A DNA stretch of 64,000 bases, taken from the NCBI GenBank assembly GCA_963735035.1, contig CAVTJJ010000002.1:64001-128000 (forward strand), in the 5' to 3' direction. How positions within the stretch are numbered: position 1 is the stretch's first letter; every line of letters begins with the position of its first letter. This stretch comes from an uncultured candidate division Zixibacteria bacterium. GTDB lineage: Bacteria > Zixibacteria > MSB-5A5 > GN15 > FEB-12. The notes beneath the pieces were generated by a model, which was not told where the DNA came from, made no database searches, and saw only the letters and a list, made by a program, of their open reading frames with translations. Positions 57,407 through 64,000 of this stretch are shown here, in pieces. A program made the translations under genes and the position numbers.

Positions 57407-58392
57407 AGTGCATAGTGAAAGTCCTCTTGGCCAATTGCATTCATAGGTTGACTTGCTTTCCCGTGGATGATCAGTGTAGTCGAACATTTCGTCCTCCCAA
57501 GACGACTCTTTGCATTGCGTTATACCGCAACTAATTTGTTGAGTCTCGTCGCTATCGCACATGCCGGCCCCAAGTTCATATAGTAACACAGTGTACCTTA
57601 TTGTCAATCGTGCAGCACCCACAACAGCAGGTTAGGTTCCCGCACATTGTCATACGCACGAACAGACCAAACCGCACCTTCAAGTGCTCTCAGATAGCCG
57701 ATCTATCAACGACAGATACACACCTGTACCAGATGATCAGTTCATCCCTGCATGCCTTATGTATATGTACAATACTCCTTGACGCTATTATGTCGTACAA
57801 AGGATCATATGTCAAGCACTTTCTGAACAAACAATGTCACATTCTCATGAACTGACCACCACGTATCTAATGAGATCATGTAAGCGATGACTTTGAAGCA
57901 CCCGTCTGTTCGTTCAAAGCGTGTTGACGAGTTCGAACAGAGGCAAGTACATCGCAATGAGGATAAAAGCCACCAGGATGCCTGGTAAGACGACAATGAT
58001 TGATTCTATTAATGATGTGATCGTCGTAATCGCTCAGTGGTCCCACAGCGTCGTGTGGTGATAGACTCATTCATCCGGTGCTCGGCGCGATGTCGCCTCA
58101 TCGTCGATCCAGTTCTCTTCCCAGATCATTCCATTCCGGCCAGGCACCTTGCGAGTGGCGCCAGCCCGATAGATCGAGCAGCTATTCGGCCCGTAGCAAA
58201 ACGTTTCGAACCGATATTTCGTCTTTGACGGGTTCCTCTGATCAAGGATTGCGCGACTATAGCTCTCCTACAACGTCGTGTCGGACTGAGCGAGACACCT
58301 ACTTTCGGGTTGAGAATTGTCACGAATATGACACACATGCGTGAGAAATTTCAACGAACAGCCGTAATGGATTGTGTATCTTTGGCTTGGAT

Positions 58393-58418
58393 AAAATAGC
58401 GGTGCAGGGACTCGAACC
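58393..58418 (-). repeat. tRNA 3'-end fragment (att-like direct repeat, right)
   Basis: AAAATAGCGGTGCAGGGACTCGAACC identical to 50728-50753. Confidence 0.8.
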
Positions 58419-58603
58419 GAAGGTACTGGTGGCCATCCCTCTTGAACTGACCGTAAAGAACGGGAAACGGGCCAGACGGAACGTCATCTGACGGTTGGGA
58501 CGAACATCTGAATCCTGACCGTAAGTTCAACGCTGCCATGGGTGTGCATCTTGAAAGGTCAAGTTGGTCAGACATTACAACATTGGCGCCGGGATTCAGC
58601 AGT

Positions 58604-58938
58604 ATTGGCGCAATACACATACGACCCAATCCCTGGCGTCTTGTACCACAGCGGGTCCGGTGACGTGAAGATCTTCAGCGCCGGATCATAGTACCGCTGG
58701 CCGTAGTACGCAATGTCCCGGCTCAGGTCTTCGTCGAGGTACTGACCCGTGTACCGGAAGTTGTTCGCACTGGGGCCGATCACTTTGCTGCTCAGCATCT
58801 CGCCCCACGGACGGTACAGGTTATGCGTCTTGACATTGCCGTTGTAACCTATCGTCGCCAACACCGAACCGAGGTGATCCGTGATGAAATACTTGATGTC
58901 ACTGGTACCTCCGGTCGTGAACGTCGCAATCCGCTCGC
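58604..58938 (-). pseudogene. Orphan Rhs core fragment, near-copy of about 60605-60935
   Basis: ERIATF...DHLGSVLATIGYNGNVKTHNLYRPWGE...DPLWYK...YVYCAN, then similarity breaks; no toxin tip. Confidence 0.85.
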
Positions 58939-58971
58939 TTGATCAGCCCACCCGAAGCGTGGGCTGTACGG

Positions 58972-60003
58972 CTATTGGTCAGCCACACTGTCCAGAATCT
59001 GGGGGTATCGCTTGTCGATCCAATACAGCGAGGATAGCTCGCTGATACCACCGGTAAGATTAGTCTTAATGTGATCACCCGTACCGAGATCGTATAACCA
59101 CACTCGTTTCCGGTCGTCCAAGACGCCTTCTACCTTTGTGTATACGTAAACCTTGCCATCGGGTGCAAAGCAGCCCGTATACAGGCGCTCCTTATCGCTG
59201 TCAACATCTGTCCAGACGCTGTCTCGGAGGCTGAGTATCCGCACATGTTGATCGCGGTCGAATCCATCAGCCACAGCTATCTTCTCGCGATCCCGCGATA
59301 TCGCCACCAGTACACCGCTGCACACTTGCCTCTTGTCACCGGTTGTCAGTGTTACAGCGTATACACCATGCTCACTGATGAGCACAGTGCTGTCTGTAAG
59401 AAAGAACCCCGTCGCGATCGGCCCCTGGTGAGTTGGCTCCTTCAACGATCCGTCGGCAACCAGAGTATCTACAGTTACGAAGTAATGAGTCACATCCTGA
59501 ATAAGTGTGAATATTGAATCCAGACAGAAGATGCCTCGCTTATTGTTGAATCGCCCGCAGTATAGGAGGTGGCCTGTTGTACGGTCACGGTCTATTGACC
59601 AGCAGGCAAATTCGGGGGTCGACAACTTGGCCTCAATAATAACTGCTGCCGACATAGGCACATAGCGACCGACCGGTGCATCCGAAAGTGGGAGGCTATC
59701 CGCCGTCCAAAAACCCTCATAGCCAGCCTTGAGTACCGTGAATAATGAACCGCCCGCATCAGCGCATTGCATTTGCGCTTTTAGTTCTTTCGTTTCCCAT
59801 GGAACGAGCTGCTGTCTACCGGTCGATAAATCCAAAGCCATTGTTCCGTGGGTAGTCGACATAAGTAGTGTACCGCTGTATTGGGGCAAAGCTTCCGTCG
59901 TGCCAGTGGACTGACAACCCGTCTGGACTGTCATGCCGACGATCATCAGCAACACCCCACGCGACAGCATGCTTCGTCTACGAACTGTATTGTTCTCAGC
60001 CAT
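58972..60003 (-). CDS. Lipoprotein with TolB-like propeller features; probable immunity protein
   Basis: LLMIVGMTVQTGC lipobox-like; ISRDREKIAV, FAPDGKVYVY; directly after the Rhs stop. Confidence 0.65.
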   Translation of the reverse strand: MAENNTVRRRSMLSRGVLLMIVGMTVQTGCQSTGTTEALPQYSGTLLMSTTHGTMALDLSTGRQQLVPWETKELKAQMQCADAGGSLFTVLKAGYEGFWTADSLPLSDAPVGRYVPMSAAVIIEAKLSTPEFACWSIDRDRTTGHLLYCGRFNNKRGIFCLDSIFTLIQDVTHYFVTVDTLVADGSLKEPTHQGPIATGFFLTDSTVLISEHGVYAVTLTTGDKRQVCSGVLVAISRDREKIAVADGFDRDQHVRILSLRDSVWTDVDSDKERLYTGCFAPDGKVYVYTKVEGVLDDRKRVWLYDLGTGDHIKTNLTGGISELSSLYWIDKRYPQILDSVADQ

Positions 60004-60013
60004 AAGAAGAGTC

Positions 60014-63000
60014 CTAAGGTTCCAGCGGTGGCATTCCATTCTCAGGATCATATGCGTCTATCTTGACTTCAGAGTTCCATCCCTTTGGCTTCTTGTCTCC
60101 TGATGCCTTCTGCGTTGGAGATTTCAACGTCTTGTCGCCCTTCAGAACTTTGAAATACAAATTTGGCAGCGCCGGACCAGGAATCTCCGTAGGAGCGATC
60201 CCAAAGAGAATATAGATCGCCGCGTCAGCGCAATTGAATCCGAAGAGAGCATAAGCCGGGTCATCGCCGCCATTCTTAATTTGATTGATACGATCCATGA
60301 CTTTCTGGTCAAATTCGGCCGACGTCTCCCACATCTTTGCTTCGTCGGCTACATAGCCATTCTGAATCTGCAACTCTGCATCCATAATATCCTGCAACGG
60401 CTCTCCAAATCGTTGTACATCCAGATCTCCCCCTGTGTACAATGGGAAGCCATCCCCCCCTTTTCGCTCGAAGGACAACACCGTCCAGCCAGTGCGATCA
60501 TTACCAACTGCTCCGAACATGTGACCTGCGCCGTAGGCCCTATCATGATCTATGAATAGTGTCACAGAATCACCTTGCCGATCCACGAACTTCACCGGGT
60601 TGTTCCGGCAGTAGACATACGAACCCGTCCCGGGATCCTTATACCACAGCGGGTCCGGTGACGTGAAGATCTTCAGCGCCGGATCATAGTACCGCTGGCC
60701 GTAGTACGCAATGTCTCGGCCCAGCTCTTCGTCCAGATACTGACCCGTGTATCGGAAATTGTTCGCACTGGGACCGATCACTTTGCTGCTCAGCATCTCG
60801 CCCCACGGACGGTACAGGTTATGCGTCTTGACATTGCCGTTGTAACCGATCGTCGCCAACACCGAACCGAGATGGTCGCCCACGTAATAGGCCACGTCCG
60901 TCTGAAGGCCGGCCTTGAACTTCGCAATCCGCTCGCCGTTGGCGTACACATAATTGCCATACAGAGTTGTACTCGCTCCGGCCTTAAAATAGTCGCTCAA
61001 CATATCGCCGCCAAGGTAATAATATCCCCACCGGGCCGTCTCCTTCTCCGGACACGGATACCAGTACCCCTCACCCCCGCCTCCGTCACCAGGAGTCTTA
61101 CCATTTAGCGTTGGTGCAACCTTGGCACGAGGAGCCGCCTCCGACTCCAAAGACAAGGCATCGCGAGACCGCATCATAGAATCGAGAGTCGAGCCACCCG
61201 GAGGTCTCATCGACTGTCCCGAGACCGGATCGTCGTTGATTCCGGTCGAATCACCTTCCGCCCAGCACTGCATATCAAGGACTTCTTCCGTCTTCTTGGC
61301 TATTCGCTGACCTGACGTATTGTACCAGTAATGTACCGAATCCCGCAATACCTGCCCTTGCCTCACCCGACCGGCCAATTGTTCCGCATAATTGTACGAC
61401 ATGTCCATGTCTTCACTCTCGTAGCGGTAGATCGAGCCGGAGGGCATATACAAGAAATTGTCCGTGCTGCAGTTCAGCGAAGGCCCTATACATCTCACCT
61501 GATTGGTGCCGGGATAGTAACTGTAGCCCTGTAAGAGCAGGGAGTTGCTGGCGCGCCTCACATTGGTTAGATTGCCGTTGCGATCGTAACCGTAGAGTTG
61601 CGCTGTCGGCGAGGGCAAAGTATTCCCGGTAAAGTCCTCGCCCGCCATGCGGTCCAGAGGATCATAGGCGAACTTCTGTACCGTAGTTCGTACTCCTCCC
61701 GTCACGGCCGCATCGCTTACCCGAGCCGTATAAGAAGCGATGTTGCCATTGTAGTAGCCGGCAGGAAACTGAGACTGCGGTCCCGCATATGCGTTAGAGT
61801 TGTAGGTCAGTTCCAGACCAACATGATCACCACTACCGCTTTCGACATTTGTCACCTGACCGTCATTGATGCTTACCAGCCAGTCACGAGCATTATACTT
61901 GTAGTCGACTATCTGGGCGGTACCGGTGCTGCCGAATGCTTTCTTCCTGACCTGGCCGGTGGGCCAGTAGTCAAATTGGACTCTCATCGACGACACGCTG
62001 TCTGCCACCTGGGTCACCTGTCCGGCCCGGTTGTACGAGTAGTTGACGTACTTCTGGTTGGGGTATCTGACCTGGAGCTGCTGACCAATGCTATTGTACG
62101 TCATTGCGAAATCGCGCGTAATTGAAGCTGTATCGATACCACAAATGTACTGTTTCTTCTGTGCCACGCGACCATACGCATCGTAGACGTATTCCTCCCA
62201 TGATGCCGAATCTGAGTGTCCAGACGCGTAGCTTACCGCCTTTGTGAGGCGGCCGCGACCGAACTCTCCCTGGTCGTAGAAATACCGGGCTGTCACGCGG
62301 TACTCGGCCGTGTCATGCGTGGACGGACTAGGGTACTCCGGGATGAACGCATTGAACTGAGTACGGTGTAATACACCCAGAATGACACCTTCTTCTACGG
62401 GTCGGCTATGCGGGTCGTACTTCATGTAATGGAATCTATTCGGATTATAGAAGCCGTCCGAAGCAGTCAGTGTGAATCTAGGGTTGCCATTCTTATCGTA
62501 CAAATGCTCTTCAACGCCATAGTCCCCGGCCGAGTCTAACGTTAGCCAGCCGTGATTGTTGTAGTGACGGTGGATGCCTTGTTCCTCCGGCTGAACGACC
62601 AGCGTGTCGTTGCCGAAGAAGTTCTTGTAGAACTTCGTCGTTGTATACACATCCGCCGTGTCCAGCGGCACCAGCGCACCGTCGCAGACGTCGAACTTGA
62701 ACCTCAGGTCAACATAACCCCAGGGCCCATAACCTTCAGGATAAGCGGCAATAAGAATTATATAGTCGCCTGCCTTTACGTCGATCGCATTGTAATCCGT
62801 CCAGTCGCTCAACTGGCACATCCCACCCGCACCTGTTCGGTGAACTACCAAGGTATCATTTCGGTATACACTTGTATACAACGCCGAATCACAGAGTTCA
62901 TCAGCGGCATCAAAATGAAATTTGCTTTCCACTTGAGCTACCTGTGGGCTCGGTTCGGTGTGCTGTGGTATCGTCAGCGAGTATGACTGATAGTAGACGC

Positions 63001-64000
63001 CCTCCTGGTAACCCGGATATTCACCATGGCAGTTGATTACCACGCTGGTGTCTTTGGCAGAACCCGCACAATCCACTTCTTCCGATGCGAATGACGTTCG
63101 CGATGATCCGATGACTCGGTTCAACTTATCCCTGTAAGTGTGGACAACATTGTTGTTCTCATCAATAATCAACTCATCGAATACGCTGTCGGCCGCATAA
63201 CTCGGCGCAGAATAGCCGTACATAGTTGTATCTGAGCTGCGGTAATCTTGAGTGATTGGATAATCCCTGAATGCCCCTGGGGGACTCATCACCCACGGTC
63301 GGCGCAAAGGATCATCACTATATTGCGCGTACGTGTACGGTACTTGAAGCCCGGCATCGTACACATCCGGCATGACAACCGAATCTTGATAATATGAAGT
63401 CAAGTAGCACCCTGCATCAAGGGCCGTCCCAGGCTGCCAGGCAAACATCGACTCGCTATTCAAGTATGAAGTTACGAAATCAAAGGGATTCACTTCATCG
63501 TTTATCCAACTGAAGCACCCGTATGTAGCTGACGGTGTAAGCCATACGGGTTTGAATCCACACTCCTTCTGACCGTCGAAGGTGTAGGTTGCGCCGGTTA
63601 TGGCAATCCGCGATCCATCAAACGTCTGCGTTTGCTTAACCTTGCCAAATGAGTTGATGAAATCGGCCGTGACCGTAGGGTCGCTGACAAATACAAGATT
63701 GTCTACCCAGCTTCGGAGACTGCAGATTTCATCGCTGCCGCGCCGCAGGCGCAGGTGTAGAGCAGTAAACTTAGTGCTTCCGAAATACGTATCCGTCAGC
63801 CTATAAACGCAATCGTTGTTGATGAAGAAATACAAGTCGTTGCCAATGCGCCCCACCCCAAGTCTTTGCTTGCCTTTTGACACACGCACTGAGTATTCCA
63901 TACCCCAAGCGTCGTTGCCGCTTGCATATCCGCAATTACCCAATCCACTATCGCCAAGGAGATGCAATTCTATGTTCGCCAAGTACTGACGGCTGTTCTC
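60014..64000 (-). CDS. Rhs-repeat polymorphic toxin, 5' end beyond the window
   Basis: YD repeats, DYKYNARDWL, DHLGSV, RYYDPALKIFTSPDPL...NNPVKFVDRQG cleavage motif, ~180 aa tip. Confidence 0.92.
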   Translation of the reverse strand, partial: ENSRQYLANIELHLLGDSGLGNCGYASGNDAWGMEYSVRVSKGKQRLGVGRIGNDLYFFINNDCVYRLTDTYFGSTKFTALHLRLRRGSDEICSLRSWVDNLVFVSDPTVTADFINSFGKVKQTQTFDGSRIAITGATYTFDGQKECGFKPVWLTPSATYGCFSWINDEVNPFDFVTSYLNSESMFAWQPGTALDAGCYLTSYYQDSVVMPDVYDAGLQVPYTYAQYSDDPLRRPWVMSPPGAFRDYPITQDYRSSDTTMYGYSAPSYAADSVFDELIIDENNNVVHTYRDKLNRVIGSSRTSFASEEVDCAGSAKDTSVVINCHGEYPGYQEGVYYQSYSLTIPQHTEPSPQVAQVESKFHFDAADELCDSALYTSVYRNDTLVVHRTGAGGMCQLSDWTDYNAIDVKAGDYIILIAAYPEGYGPWGYVDLRFKFDVCDGALVPLDTADVYTTTKFYKNFFGNDTLVVQPEEQGIHRHYNNHGWLTLDSAGDYGVEEHLYDKNGNPRFTLTASDGFYNPNRFHYMKYDPHSRPVEEGVILGVLHRTQFNAFIPEYPSPSTHDTAEYRVTARYFYDQGEFGRGRLTKAVSYASGHSDSASWEEYVYDAYGRVAQKKQYICGIDTASITRDFAMTYNSIGQQLQVRYPNQKYVNYSYNRAGQVTQVADSVSSMRVQFDYWPTGQVRKKAFGSTGTAQIVDYKYNARDWLVSINDGQVTNVESGSGDHVGLELTYNSNAYAGPQSQFPAGYYNGNIASYTARVSDAAVTGGVRTTVQKFAYDPLDRMAGEDFTGNTLPSPTAQLYGYDRNGNLTNVRRASNSLLLQGYSYYPGTNQVRCIGPSLNCSTDNFLYMPSGSIYRYESEDMDMSYNYAEQLAGRVRQGQVLRDSVHYWYNTSGQRIAKKTEEVLDMQCWAEGDSTGINDDPVSGQSMRPPGGSTLDSMMRSRDALSLESEAAPRAKVAPTLNGKTPGDGGGGEGYWYPCPEKETARWGYYYLGGDMLSDYFKAGASTTLYGNYVYANGERIAKFKAGLQTDVAYYVGDHLGSVLATIGYNGNVKTHNLYRPWGEMLSSKVIGPSANNFRYTGQYLDEELGRDIAYYGQRYYDPALKIFTSPDPLWYKDPGTGSYVYCRNNPVKFVDRQGDSVTLFIDHDRAYGAGHMFGAVGNDRTGWTVLSFERKGGDGFPLYTGGDLDVQRFGEPLQDIMDAELQIQNGYVADEAKMWETSAEFDQKVMDRINQIKNGGDDPAYALFGFNCADAAIYILFGIAPTEIPGPALPNLYFKVLKGDKTLKSPTQKASGDKKPKGWNSEVKIDAYDPENGMPPLEP

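Larger units (their letters stand above)
50728..58418. mobile_element. att-bounded 7.7-kb Rhs toxin/immunity islet without an evident integrase
   Basis: 26-bp direct repeats; TGTCAC/TGACAC paired repeats inside both ends (50892-50912, 58317-58336). Confidence 0.6.

Noticed and set aside
57625..58390. Integrase remnant next to the att repeat
   Set aside because: No tyrosine or serine recombinase motif recognised in the short ORFs

Overview
Bacterial chromosomal window. Secreted proteins with dockerin-like domains and QNYPNPFNP/FlgD-type C-termini suggest an FCB-group organism such as Zixibacteria (inference). The main discovery is at 2.3-7.9 kb. Three tiny unannotated precursor genes (31-34 aa, all MIFLIEPN...C...C...LYGI) sit upstream of a Clo7bot-type RRE-radical SAM/SPASM maturase, a PlpX-like radical SAM splicease and an ABC exporter. 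This looks like a hybrid Cys-crosslinked/beta-amino-acid (spliceotide) RiPP cluster. Other content: a trpEGDCFBA-aroH-aroF-tyrA supra-operon with an unannotated FTYWWY attenuator leader; a three-gene module of a divergent ECF-like protein, a zinc-finger anti-sigma and a membrane Lon-like protease with an extracellular propeller; a stress/envelope island (MarC, DUF883, BON, ice-binding protein, paired NarL regulators, RNase II) with a 45-bp motif repeated five times; and Rhs toxin-immunity loci, one bounded by 26-bp tRNA-3'-end direct repeats. All family assignments come from reading motifs by eye; no database searches were run.
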